Counted from the stretch's first letter, positions 29,466-38,719 are shown. The stretch: DNA of 64,000 nt from Candidatus Latescibacterota bacterium (GCA_965222935.1 CBDCVA010000001.1:132093-196092), one strand, 5' to 3'. Translations and numbers: made by a program. The notes: generated by a model from the sequence alone, not told the origin.

Positions 29466-30650
29466 GGCGGCTCCGGTGGCTTGTGCCAGTCCTCCTCGCA
29501 CTCAGTGCGTCTGGAGGCACCCTCGCCCTGGCGGAGCCGGGGGATCTCGCGGCCCAGCGCGCGGAGCTCGAGGCCATCGAAGCGGAGCTTGAAGCGGCGC
29601 GCTCGCGTGCATCGGAACTCGCGGGGCAGGAGCGGAAACTTGGGCGGCGGACGGGCAAGCTGGCGAACGAGATCAAGGCCACCGCGCGTGTCATCCGCCG
29701 CCTTGATAACCGGCGCAAGGCGTTGGACCGGCGCCTTGCGCGCACGAAAAGCCGCCTTGCGCACACGACGCGGGACTTCAAGCGGTGGCTTGGGAGCTAC
29801 GTCGATGGGTTGCGCACCCTCTATCGCCGCGTTCGGGTCTACGCCAGGGATGCTATGGCCGGTCCTGTGGAGTACCAGCGCGCCGCGCGAGGGCGACGAT
29901 ACCTCATTGCAATTGCGGCGCAGGATCGTGCTGCGCTGGAGGGGACGCGCAACCGACTGGCCGCGCTGAAGCGGGATAGCCGATCCCTGACCCGCGAGCG
30001 GCGCCGTACGGCTAAGGCCGTCAAGGTGAAGGCAGTGACGCGCTCACGCCTGAAGCGCGACCATCAGGTCACCAGGCAGGAGCTGGCGTCCGTTGCCAGC
30101 GAGCGAGCCCTCTCCGAGGCGTCCCTCGAGGAGCTGGAATCCGCGCGAGCCGAGGCGGAAGCTCGCCTCATGGAGTACATCGCGGGTTTCCAGCGCGACG
30201 AGCGGGCCTCGCGCCGACGCCCCGATCTTCACCTGGCGCCCCCGCCGGAGGGGTACGGAACGTTCGCCCAGCGGCGTGGGAGGCTGGCCTGGCCTGCGTT
30301 CGGGCAGGTCATAGGGCGGTTCGGTCGCACGCGCGACCCGGAATCGGGGACATGGACATTCAACCGCGGCGTCGATCTCGCCGTCGCCCCCGGAACCTCG
30401 GTTCGGGCCATCGGACCGGGCCATGTCATTCTGCGCAACTGGTTTCGGGGATATGGCAGCTTCGTTCTGATCCACCACGGCGCGGGCTACTTCACGCTGT
30501 ATGCGGGTCTCAGCCGGGTTCTGGGTCGCCGAGGGCGATGCCGTAGAGGGCGGGGCGCCGATCGGCGTGTGCGACGACATGCTGCACGTGGAGGTCCTGC
30601 ACGATCAGGAACCGCTGGACCCCGTGTCGTGGCTGGGGGCAGCCCGATGA
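29462..30650 (+). CDS. EnvC-like coiled-coil protein with a degenerate LytM/M23 domain, reading frame broken by a +1 shift
   Basis: Signal peptide, then long coiled coil, then an M23 domain with HxxxD replaced by NRGVD and HLH replaced by GL. The M23 C-terminus (…LVAEGDAVEGGAPIGVCDDMLHVEVLHDQEPLDPVSWL) continues in the +1 frame from about 30525, with an extra G in the GGG run at 30523-30525. Confidence 0.6.
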
Positions 30651-32287
30651 TGAGGGTCCGGGGCCTCATCGCCTGCCTTCTGCTCGCCTGCGGCGGACCC
30701 TCGGGCGGGCCGCCGGAAGTCCTCTTTCGCGTGCGGCTCAGTGCCGACCCACCCTCGCTCGATCCGATTCACGCCGCTGACGCGATCTCAGGGGCGGTGG
30801 TGCACCATCTCTTCGACGGTCTGGTCGCCGCCGATCCCGCCACCGGTGCGGTCCAGCCCGCTTTGGCGGAGAGGTTCGAGCCTCTTGAGAGCGGCCGCGC
30901 CTGGCGCTTTCATCTGAGGCCGGATGTCCGCTTTCATCATGGCCGGCGGGTGACGGCCGAGGACGTCCGCTTCTCCTTTGAGCGCGTCCTAGATCCCGAG
31001 AGCCAGTGCGAGCGCCCGTGGGTGCTGACCCCCCTGAGAGGCGCCTCGGCTTTCCGGGAAGGCCGCGCCGACCGGGTCGCCGGCATCCGCGTCGAGGACG
31101 AGCGCACCGTGGTGCTCGAGATCGAGGAGCCCTTCACACCTTTCCTCGCCCAACTCACCATGGCACCGGCCAGCATCGTCCCCCGCGAGCTCGTGGCGCG
31201 CGATCCACAAGCCTTCTCGGCCGCGCCTGTGGGCTCGGGTCCCTTTCGTTTCGTTCGCTGGGCTCGGGATGTCGAGATCGAGCTTGAGGCGTTCGACGGC
31301 GCGTGGGACGGGCGGCCGGGGATCGACCGCCTGCGCTTCGTCATCCTGCCCAACGTGAATGTCGCGTACCAGGCCTTTCGCGCGGGAGAGATCGAGCTCC
31401 TGAACCAGTTGCCCACGGGCGCCTTGAGCGAAGCGCGGCGCGAGCGCCCCCAAGGCCTGAGGGTATGGACGGTTCTCTCGACGCGCTACCTGGGGATGAA
31501 CCTGGCCGGTCCGCCCTTCAGCGACAACCGGCCATTGAGACAGGCCCTGAATTACGCGGTCAACCGCGAGGCGCTCTGCCGCGACGTCCTCCAGAATCTG
31601 GCCGAGCCGGCTTCGGGCGTTGTGCCCTCCGCGCTCTTACCCGTGCGACCCGAAGGCTACGCCTACGACCCCGATCGTGCCCGGACGCTCCTGGTCCAAG
31701 CGGGTTTCCCCGAGGGGGAAGGCTTGCCGGAGCTGGAGCTCTGGTACAATGCGAGCCAGGAAGAAGCCCGCATCTGGCAGGTGGTCGCCTCCGATCTGGC
31801 AGCCATCGGCGTCCACACGCGGCTTGTGGCCCTCGAATGGGGCGCTTTTCTATCAGCCATTCGCGCTGGGCGGGCACCGCTTTTCCGAGGGAGCTGGGTC
31901 GGGGACTACACCGACCCGCACAACTTCCTCTTCGTTCTGCTCCACAGCGGCAATGCGGGTCCTGATGGCAACTACGCGCGTTTCGGTGATCCGGAGTTCG
32001 ACCGGCTGGTGGAGGCGGCGGGTTCCGAATCCGACCCGGTGCGGCGGCGCGAGCTTTACGTTAAGGCGGAGGCCAGAGCGGTGGCCGAGGCGCCCTGGGT
32101 CTTCCTCTTTCATCCCAGGGATGAAGTGCTGATCGCGCCGGGCTGGGCTGAGCTGGAGCTATCCATCCTGGGCGACTGGGCCATACCCCTCGAACGCGTG
32201 CGTGCCTCGGCGGAAGCTCAAAAAGACGCCTTTGAACCCCAGTCGAGCGAAGCGGGGAGAGCGCGAGATGAAGCGGGAGGTCAGTGA
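30647..32287 (+). CDS. ABC transporter substrate-binding lipoprotein, family 5 (Opp/Dpp-like)
   Basis: Lipobox LLLACGG, SBP_bac_5 fold. Paralog of the 61364-62950 gene. ATGA start/stop overlap with the upstream gene. Confidence 0.8.
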   Translation: MMRVRGLIACLLLACGGPSGGPPEVLFRVRLSADPPSLDPIHAADAISGAVVHHLFDGLVAADPATGAVQPALAERFEPLESGRAWRFHLRPDVRFHHGRRVTAEDVRFSFERVLDPESQCERPWVLTPLRGASAFREGRADRVAGIRVEDERTVVLEIEEPFTPFLAQLTMAPASIVPRELVARDPQAFSAAPVGSGPFRFVRWARDVEIELEAFDGAWDGRPGIDRLRFVILPNVNVAYQAFRAGEIELLNQLPTGALSEARRERPQGLRVWTVLSTRYLGMNLAGPPFSDNRPLRQALNYAVNREALCRDVLQNLAEPASGVVPSALLPVRPEGYAYDPDRARTLLVQAGFPEGEGLPELELWYNASQEEARIWQVVASDLAAIGVHTRLVALEWGAFLSAIRAGRAPLFRGSWVGDYTDPHNFLFVLLHSGNAGPDGNYARFGDPEFDRLVEAAGSESDPVRRRELYVKAEARAVAEAPWVFLFHPRDEVLIAPGWAELELSILGDWAIPLERVRASAEAQKDAFEPQSSEAGRARDEAGGQ

Positions 32288-33030
32288 GCTAGGCGCTTAA
32301 TCAACTCGTTGATCTCGGCCGCCCGCTCATAATCTTCGGTCTCGACGGCCTCTTCAAGCTCCCGTTCGAGCCGCTCGCGTGGGGATGGCGGGATGTTGCG
32401 CCGGATCTCATCGGCCCAGCCCTGCAAGAACTTGATTTCACCGCTCAGTGGAGCGATGTCATCCTGGCTATAGTCCTGGTAGAACGCCTCAATTTCGGAG
32501 ACGCCCCCTTCGATTTCCTTCAAGGCGGCGTGATAGTCGCCCCGTTCGAGGTGGAGAAAACCCTGCGCCTGGATTCGATGCATCGTGACGTAGGGGCGGT
32601 AGCGCTCGGTGGCGGCGATCTGCGACTTGTCGCGGGCATGATCGCGGATGAGGCTCATGATGGCCAGGTTGTGCTCGGCGTCCCGCTTGACGCCGTTGTA
32701 GTCCCCGAGCTTTAACAGACAGATGCGCCGGTAGTAATATTGCAGCGATTCCCGCCGCAACTCCTTGACCTTGTTCTTGTCGAGCTTGTAGGGCTGATCC
32801 GCCCGCTCCGCCGCGCTCTGCATGGCCAGATGGTAGTCCAACAGCGATTCCATTTCATGCGGTCGGCTGCCGTCGGGCCTTCCCGCCATTTCCATCTGAA
32901 GGAGCCCCACGTCCACCCGCAGTTGAAGCATTGACCCGCCGTCATGCCTCTCGATCTTACGGACGATCAGGTCTGCCTTGGGATCATAGGGCCACGCGCT
33001 CAGGATGTGACCGATATCGTCTTGTGCCAT
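32281..33030 (-). CDS. hypothetical protein with C-terminal UvrB/UvrC (UVR) motif
   Basis: C-terminal …EDYERAAEINELIKRL… UVR helix hairpin. The body is uncharacterised. GC lower than the flanks (about 57%). Confidence 0.5.
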   Translation of the reverse strand: MAQDDIGHILSAWPYDPKADLIVRKIERHDGGSMLQLRVDVGLLQMEMAGRPDGSRPHEMESLLDYHLAMQSAAERADQPYKLDKNKVKELRRESLQYYYRRICLLKLGDYNGVKRDAEHNLAIMSLIRDHARDKSQIAATERYRPYVTMHRIQAQGFLHLERGDYHAALKEIEGGVSEIEAFYQDYSQDDIAPLSGEIKFLQGWADEIRRNIPPSPRERLERELEEAVETEDYERAAEINELIKRLAH

Positions 33031-33256
33031 AACGCGCCACCGCCCGTGAGGTCGCCGTCGGTTTGCCATTCAGCGAATGACGTGCGTTGCAGTCGATAGA
33101 AGATACGTTCTGCCCCGATGATGTCAACATCGCCGGAGAAACTTGCGCCCGAAGACGGCTTGGGCCATAATTTCGTTTTGTGACTTCTTCAATTCGCACC
33201 TTGTGGCACCAGGGTGAATCCGACGCGGCACGCGAGCGCTGGGAGGGGATGGCGTC

Positions 33257-34078
33257 GTGAAGCTGGGGGTTTATTCCATCTCGGTGCCAGAGTGGCCGCC
33301 CGAGAAGGTGATCGAGGCGGTCAAGGCGCACGGTTACGAAGGCGTCGAGTGGGTCATGGGCTATCCGGACGCTCGCTACGCGGAAGGCCGCGAGTGGCAT
33401 ATCGATACCCGGACGGTCGAACAGGACGTGGACCGTGTGGGCGCGCTATGCCGTGAGGCGGGGCTCTCGATCCCCTCGGTCGGCACGCGCGTTTCGCTAA
33501 CGGACGAGGCCAATGCGCGAAAACAATTGGAAGCCACGGCGCGGCTAGGCGCACCGATGGCCCGCATGAGCGCCTTTGGCTTCACGGACGAGGACCACTA
33601 TCCGGATCTGATCCGGCGCGCGGCTGCCCGCTACCGCGAGGTCGAAGGCTGGGCGCGCGAGGCCGGTGTCCGCGCCCTGGTGGAGCTTCACCACGGAACG
33701 ATATGGCCCAGCGCTTCAGCCGCCATTCGTATCATCGGGGACCGCGATCCCGCCCACGTCGGGGTCCTCCTCGATCCGGGCAACATGGTTCTGGAAGGGC
33801 GGGAGAGTTGGCGCTTCGCCGCGGAGCTCCTGGGGCCGTTCCTCGCCCATGTCCACGTGAAAAGCCCCGTCTTCGTCCGCGATGCTAAAGGGTGCTGGAG
33901 GCCGCAGTGGGTTGGCCTAGAGGAGGGGCTGGTGGACTGGGCGGAGGTGATCGCCGCGCTGGGGAGCGTGGGCTACGCGGGTTACCTCTGTCTGGAAGAC
34001 TTTCAATCGAAGGAGCCCGGTGTGAAGCTCCGTGAGGCGCGGGCTTTCCTGGCACCTCTTGTGGCGAACGAGCGTTAG
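33257..34078 (+). CDS. sugar phosphate isomerase/epimerase (xylose-isomerase-like TIM barrel)
   Basis: AP-endonuclease-2/TIM-barrel pattern (…LHHG…, …LDPGN…, …CLED…). GTG start. Confidence 0.75.
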   Translation: MKLGVYSISVPEWPPEKVIEAVKAHGYEGVEWVMGYPDARYAEGREWHIDTRTVEQDVDRVGALCREAGLSIPSVGTRVSLTDEANARKQLEATARLGAPMARMSAFGFTDEDHYPDLIRRAAARYREVEGWAREAGVRALVELHHGTIWPSASAAIRIIGDRDPAHVGVLLDPGNMVLEGRESWRFAAELLGPFLAHVHVKSPVFVRDAKGCWRPQWVGLEEGLVDWAEVIAALGSVGYAGYLCLEDFQSKEPGVKLREARAFLAPLVANER

Positions 34079-34096
34079 GCGGAGGGAGGTTCAGTT

Positions 34097-34417
34097 GTGA
34101 GCGACGAGGCTATCGCCCGCTGGAAAGCTCAGGTCGCGAAATTTCCGACGAGCGAACTGCCGCGGTTCAGCCTTGCGAAGGCGTACTTGGATGCGGAAGC
34201 GTACGAGGAAGCGGTCGGGACCCTGCGAGAGGCCGTCGTCATGAAGCCGGACTGGATGGCCGCCAAGATCATGCTCGCCCGCACGTTGATCACCCTTGAG
34301 CAGTACGACGAGGCGCGCCCCGTCCTGCAAGAGAGCCGGATGCTGGCTCATCAACAGGGCCACGCGAGCCCCATCGAGGAAATCAACGAACTCATGGACC
34401 AGTTGCCGGAGGGCTAG
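34097..34417 (+). CDS. small TPR-like protein
   Basis: GTG start after a GGAGGGAGG ribosome-binding site. Two TPR-like helical hairpins, 106 aa. Confidence 0.45.
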   Translation: MSDEAIARWKAQVAKFPTSELPRFSLAKAYLDAEAYEEAVGTLREAVVMKPDWMAAKIMLARTLITLEQYDEARPVLQESRMLAHQQGHASPIEEINELMDQLPEG

Positions 34418-34472
34418 GGCCGCTATCGCGGTGCTCTTGCCGGCGGATGGGATCAAGCTCTGGTGCCGAGAG

Positions 34473-35231
34473 ATGAGAGCGACGGGTAGGGCCCCTGCAA
34501 ACGCCCGAACGCCGGGCCTGGGATTCCTGGAGCACGGGTGCATTGCACTGGTGGTCGCTGCGGTGGGTTTCGGTGCCTGTGGCGGGGTGGACGAGGTGGC
34601 GATGCGCACGCTCGCCGCACGGTACGTGGAGGCACGGGTGCGCGGAGACTACCCGGCCATGCACGGCCTGCTCTCGAAAGTGGATCGGATCAGGAAGCCG
34701 CGAGAGAAGTTCGTGGGAGAGATCAGCGCGCTCTACGCCGACCCGCGCATCCAGGCCATGCAACGGGCCGAGGTGCAAGCCTTCCAGCTCGAAAAGGTCG
34801 AACTGGTCGAGACGGGCGGGGAGTTGTCTCGCATGACCGTCCGGTACCGCGCACCGGACCGCGCGCGGATCGTCGCGCTGGCGGAGCCCACCCTCGCCGA
34901 GCTCGATAGCTCCATGATCCCCCAGGGCCTTCTGGAGAGCGTCGCCTCCGAGCTCGCATACGATCCGGAGGCGCTTGCGGCGGGTTCCGTCGAGCAGCGG
35001 CGCGTGCGCGCCATCGCTCACCTTCGACGCCAGTCCGAGTGGCTTGCCTACCGCAACAAGAAGACCATCGCCGTCTTGAACGATCTCGTAGCGCGTGACG
35101 AGGTGCCGGTGACCTCACGGGCCGAGACCCTGTGGCTGCGCAACGATAAGGGCGGATGGAAGGTCATGCTCGATTGGGACACAGAACAGCGGCGCGCCAG
35201 AGACCTGCTTCACGCCTCCGCAGGCTCCTGA
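34473..35231 (+). CDS. hypothetical lipoprotein
   Basis: Signal peptide with a Cys (VAAVGFGACGG). No recognisable catalytic motif. Confidence 0.45.
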   Translation: MRATGRAPANARTPGLGFLEHGCIALVVAAVGFGACGGVDEVAMRTLAARYVEARVRGDYPAMHGLLSKVDRIRKPREKFVGEISALYADPRIQAMQRAEVQAFQLEKVELVETGGELSRMTVRYRAPDRARIVALAEPTLAELDSSMIPQGLLESVASELAYDPEALAAGSVEQRRVRAIAHLRRQSEWLAYRNKKTIAVLNDLVARDEVPVTSRAETLWLRNDKGGWKVMLDWDTEQRRARDLLHASAGS

Positions 35232-35486
35232 GGGGATGATGGCGCATCCGGCGGGATCATTCGGCCGCTTTCCGCAGTATCCGAGGAGCGGTTCTTGACG
35301 GGGCTTCGGGGGCGCGGCCGCTCGCGGCGGGCTAGGGACGGCTCGGGTCGCGGCAGCGAGGGGTGGGAGCATCCTTGGGGGGCCGGACCCGTTAGGGGCT
35401 TAGAAGCTTTCTATGGGCTTCGATATTCGGGCGATCTCCCGAAAATGGCCGGATCGGAGCGAAACTCAATCAAGAGGGGCCACTGC

Positions 35487-35588
35487 ATGAGGGACCTGTC
35501 TACAATGCTCATCCGTGTTGTCGGTGGTGCTTGGGGCGTGCTCCTGGTCTTGGGCCTGAGGTGGCTTGGCCTTAAAGCCCGCTCTTGA
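35487..35588 (+). CDS. 33-aa hydrophobic peptide (MRDLSTMLIRVVGGAWGVLLVLGLRWLGLKARS), candidate small membrane toxin or leader
   Basis: AAGAGGGG ribosome-binding site 7 nt upstream of the ATG. One TM helix plus a basic tail. Lies in a ~57% GC patch. Confidence 0.35.
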   Translation: MRDLSTMLIRVVGGAWGVLLVLGLRWLGLKARS

Positions 35589-35779
35589 TCTTGACCCCGC
35601 CATAGAAGGAGGCACCGTCATACTCACCCCTGTTGTCCTGGGTTCACTAGTGGGCTCACTAATAGGGTTCACCCTGAGCTTCGTTCCTGTTGCCGGTGCC
35701 ATAGGCCGCGCTGCTCGTATTGACAAGATAGCCTCAAAAGGTTCCCTGCCTGTCCGGGCTTCTTGCAGGAGACAAGGCT

Positions 35780-36136
35780 ATGGAGGCGGCTGTGCGCGGG
35801 GCCCCTCTTGCGACAAGAACGGGATTGAAGGCCGGGGCGTTGGGCGTTCTGTTTGGAGCTCACGGCGTAGCTCGGTGGGTGGGTGGAGAGGTCGGAGAGA
35901 GCGTGTCCGGTGTGCTCATCAAAGCTGGCCTTGTTGTTGCCTTTGTCTTGCTCTATGTATGGGCGTTTAGGAGTATGGGATGGAGTCGCACGAAATCCAT
36001 AATGCTCACCGCCGTTGTCGGGTGGTCAGTGGCCTTGCTCTTGTTCTTATTCCTGAGGGCGTTTGGCCTTGACGGGCTTGTTCCCGACTTTCTCTTGATA
36101 GCCTTCGGACACTCAGAGCTTCGTGTCTCCCCTTGA
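35780..36136 (+). CDS. small membrane protein (118 aa, 2-3 TM helices), unknown function
   Basis: AGGAGA ribosome-binding site 7 nt upstream. Hydrophobic segments LVVAFVLLYVWAF and IMLTAVVGWSVALLLFLFL. T-rich third codon positions unlike the host. Confidence 0.4.
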   Translation: MEAAVRGAPLATRTGLKAGALGVLFGAHGVARWVGGEVGESVSGVLIKAGLVVAFVLLYVWAFRSMGWSRTKSIMLTAVVGWSVALLLFLFLRAFGLDGLVPDFLLIAFGHSELRVSP

Positions 36137-36340
36137 TACGGCCGTCTGGTGAGCGCGTCAGTGAGTCCCCCGGAGAGGGGGGCGCGCGAGGCATCGAGCG
36201 CGGGGGGTGAACCGCCCTGCATGAGCTGGCACCGCGAGGCGAGGGTAGCGAGGGCGGGGGGCAAGACCGAGCGCCCTAACGTGTAGCTGGTGTGCGGTGG
36301 ATCGCGTCCTCTTGCGGTCGCCAACAGAACGCGGGGAGCT

Positions 36341-37444
36341 ATGACCATGACGTCACAGAGCCTTGAGGAGATTCGTGTCTACGTCGGGACTTACACGAGC
36401 GGCGGGAGCGAGGGGATTTACCTCTATCGCATGGACCCATCCACCGGCGCGCTGGAGCGCGGCCGCGCTGTGGCTCGGGACATCGCCAATCCCTCCTTCG
36501 TGGCCCTCGATCCGCAGGGGCGAACCCTCTATTCCGTCGAGGAAACGGGGCACTCGGACGACGAGCCAAGCGGCGCTGTGAGCGCGTTCTCCATCGACCC
36601 AGAGACCGGAGACCTGACGCACTTGAACCGACAGCCCTCGGGCGGAGACGGTCCGTGCCATCTCAGCGTCGATGGAACGGGTCGATACGTTCTTGTGGCG
36701 AACTACGGGTCGGGCAGCGCCTCCATGCTTCCCGTCCTCGAGGGCGGAGGACTGGGCGAAGCCACCGGCTTCGTTCAGCATAAAGGCAACAGCGTTCTGG
36801 AACGGCAGGCGGGCCCTCATGCGCATTCCATCAACCTGGACCCCGGCAACCGCTATGCGTTCGTGGCGGACCTTGGGCTCGACAGGGTCATGATCTACCG
36901 GCTGGACCTCGACCGGGGGAAGCTGATCCCCGGCGATGAACCCTGGGTAGAAGCTCAGGCCGGGGCGGGGCCGCGCCATTTCGATTTCCATCCCAACGGC
37001 AGATACGCCTATCTCATCAACGAGATCGGCAACACGATGACGGCGTTTGCGTACGATGAAACGCGCGGGGCGCTCAGGGAAGTGCAGACCGCCTCGACGC
37101 TACCGGAGGCTTTTTCGGGCACCAGCTACACGGCGGATGTGCACGTCGCTCCATCGGGCAAGTTCGTGTATGGCTCCAATCGCGGCCATGACAGCATCGC
37201 GATCTTTGGCGTCGACGAGGGTACGGGCAGGATGACCCCGCTCGGCTGTGAGCCGACTCGGGGCCGGTCCCCGCGCAACTTCGGTATCGACCCGACCGGC
37301 ACGTTTCTCCTAGCGGCCAATCAGGAGACCGATAACGTGGTGACCTTCCGGATGGATCAGGGGACGGGTGCGCTCGTGCCGACGGGCTACGTGACCGAAA
37401 TCCCGGCGCCCGTCTGCCTGGAGATGACCTCTATCGCTTCATAG
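36341..37444 (+). CDS. lactonase, 7-bladed beta-propeller (6-phosphogluconolactonase / 3-carboxymuconate-cyclase-like)
   Basis: Repeated …YVxNxGS…/…PRHF…/…YxxNE… propeller blades typical of PF10282. Confidence 0.75.
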   Translation: MTMTSQSLEEIRVYVGTYTSGGSEGIYLYRMDPSTGALERGRAVARDIANPSFVALDPQGRTLYSVEETGHSDDEPSGAVSAFSIDPETGDLTHLNRQPSGGDGPCHLSVDGTGRYVLVANYGSGSASMLPVLEGGGLGEATGFVQHKGNSVLERQAGPHAHSINLDPGNRYAFVADLGLDRVMIYRLDLDRGKLIPGDEPWVEAQAGAGPRHFDFHPNGRYAYLINEIGNTMTAFAYDETRGALREVQTASTLPEAFSGTSYTADVHVAPSGKFVYGSNRGHDSIAIFGVDEGTGRMTPLGCEPTRGRSPRNFGIDPTGTFLLAANQETDNVVTFRMDQGTGALVPTGYVTEIPAPVCLEMTSIAS

Positions 37445-37459
37445 TTTCTTCATACGCGC

Positions 37460-37488
37460 TGGACATCTCTATCTTGCTCGGCTACAAT
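37460..37488 (+). promoter_or_regulatory. sigma70-like promoter TGGACA-N17-TACAAT followed by a pyrimidine-rich leader
   Basis: Read directly: TGGACAtctctatcttgctcggcTACAAT, then TTCTTTTGTTTTTTGTCTTTCCTTCTTTCTTGC. Sits upstream of the DUF1640-like ORF and the IolE-like gene. Confidence 0.45.
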
Positions 37489-37552
37489 CCGAAGTTCTTT
37501 TGTTTTTTGTCTTTCCTTCTTTCTTGCATGGAATCGTGCGTCTACGCTTGCA

Positions 37553-37768
37553 TTCGACACACATAAGGCCGTGAAGGCGCTCAAGGAATCCGGGGCCGCG
37601 GTTGCCTCGGTCGGAGATGTCATGAGCGAACATGCTGCGACGAAGGCCGATCTTCAAACGCTCGAACAGCGCATGATGGCGCACATGTCCGGCAGGTTCG
37701 AGACGCTCCATGCAGGCTCGGATGCATCGATAGATCGGGAACCCTTCAACCCGAGGTGTAGAGCATGA
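37553..37768 (+). CDS. DUF1640-like small coiled-coil protein, start codon unclear
   Basis: In-frame FDTHKAVKALKESG…ATKADLQTLEQRM resembles the DUF1640 N-terminus. The only canonical start (GTG 37571) lies inside the conserved block. No ATG/GTG/TTG between the upstream stop (37442) and 37571. Confidence 0.3.
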   Translation, partial: FDTHKAVKALKESGAAVASVGDVMSEHAATKADLQTLEQRMMAHMSGRFETLHAGSDASIDREPFNPRCRA

Positions 37769-38652
37769 ACGTTCGAATAGGTTCGGCGCCAGACTCGTGG
37801 GGCGTATGGCTCCCGAGCGATCCGAAGCAGATCCCCTGGGACCGCTTTCTGGATGAGGTAGTCGAGGCCGGCTATGAGTGGATAGAGCTCGGGCCCTACG
37901 GATATTTGCCCACCGATCTGGCCGAGCTGCGGGCGGAGCTAGGGAAGCGCGGCCTGAAGGTGACCGCCAGCTTCGCGATGGGCGACCTGGCGGACCCCGC
38001 GGAGTGGCCGGATGTGGAGAGGCAGGTGCTGGGCTTCGGGGAACTGCTGGTGCCCCTGGGAGCGAAGTTCCTGGTATTGATCGACGGCGTCTATACCGAC
38101 CTCTTCACCGGGGCGCAGAAGGGGCCACCGCGCCTCGACGGGGAGGGCTGGAAGCGGCTGATCGATAGTACCCACAGGGCGGCGGACATCGCGCGGGACC
38201 GGTTCGGGCTATCTCTCGTCTTCCATCCGCACGCCGAGACGCACGTGGAGTACGAGGATCAGATCGACGCGTTTCTGGAGCAGACCGATCCCGAGCGCGT
38301 GTCGCTCTGCCTGGACACGGGTCATCACGCCTACCGGGGGGGCGACCCCGTGCGGTTCATGCGTCAACACCACGACAGGACGCCTTACCTGCACATCAAG
38401 AGCGTCGACCGCGACGTGCAGCAGAAGGTGGAGGCGGAGAACATACCCTTCGTCACCGCCTCGGGGATGGGCATGTTCTGCGAGCCGTCGCAGGGCGCCG
38501 TGGACTTCATCGCTTTCCGGGATGTGCTCCGCGAGATCAATTTTGACGGCTGGGCCATCGTCGAGCAGGACATGTACCCGGCCCCCTTCGACAAGCCGCT
38601 GCCCATCGCCAGGCGCACCCGAGCCTACCTGCGCGAGACGGGCATCGGTTGA
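37765..38652 (+). CDS. IolE-like sugar phosphate isomerase/epimerase (xylose-isomerase-like TIM barrel)
   Basis: N-terminal …RIGSAPDSWGVW… resembles the inosose-dehydratase/IolE signature (GxxPxxW). TIM-barrel metal ligands are present. Confidence 0.7.
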   Translation: MNVRIGSAPDSWGVWLPSDPKQIPWDRFLDEVVEAGYEWIELGPYGYLPTDLAELRAELGKRGLKVTASFAMGDLADPAEWPDVERQVLGFGELLVPLGAKFLVLIDGVYTDLFTGAQKGPPRLDGEGWKRLIDSTHRAADIARDRFGLSLVFHPHAETHVEYEDQIDAFLEQTDPERVSLCLDTGHHAYRGGDPVRFMRQHHDRTPYLHIKSVDRDVQQKVEAENIPFVTASGMGMFCEPSQGAVDFIAFRDVLREINFDGWAIVEQDMYPAPFDKPLPIARRTRAYLRETGIG

Positions 38653-38719
38653 TCGCGCCGGGGGGAGAGCCGGAAGGGATGGCGCGATCCCCTCACAACG
38701 TGGCCGCATCCCTCCCGAA

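Noticed and set aside
29066-32287. 1,073-aa plus-strand ORF
   Set aside because: Chimeric read-through: garbage upstream of 29462, then the EnvC-like gene in this frame until its frameshift, then the separate SBP gene that happens to be in the same frame.
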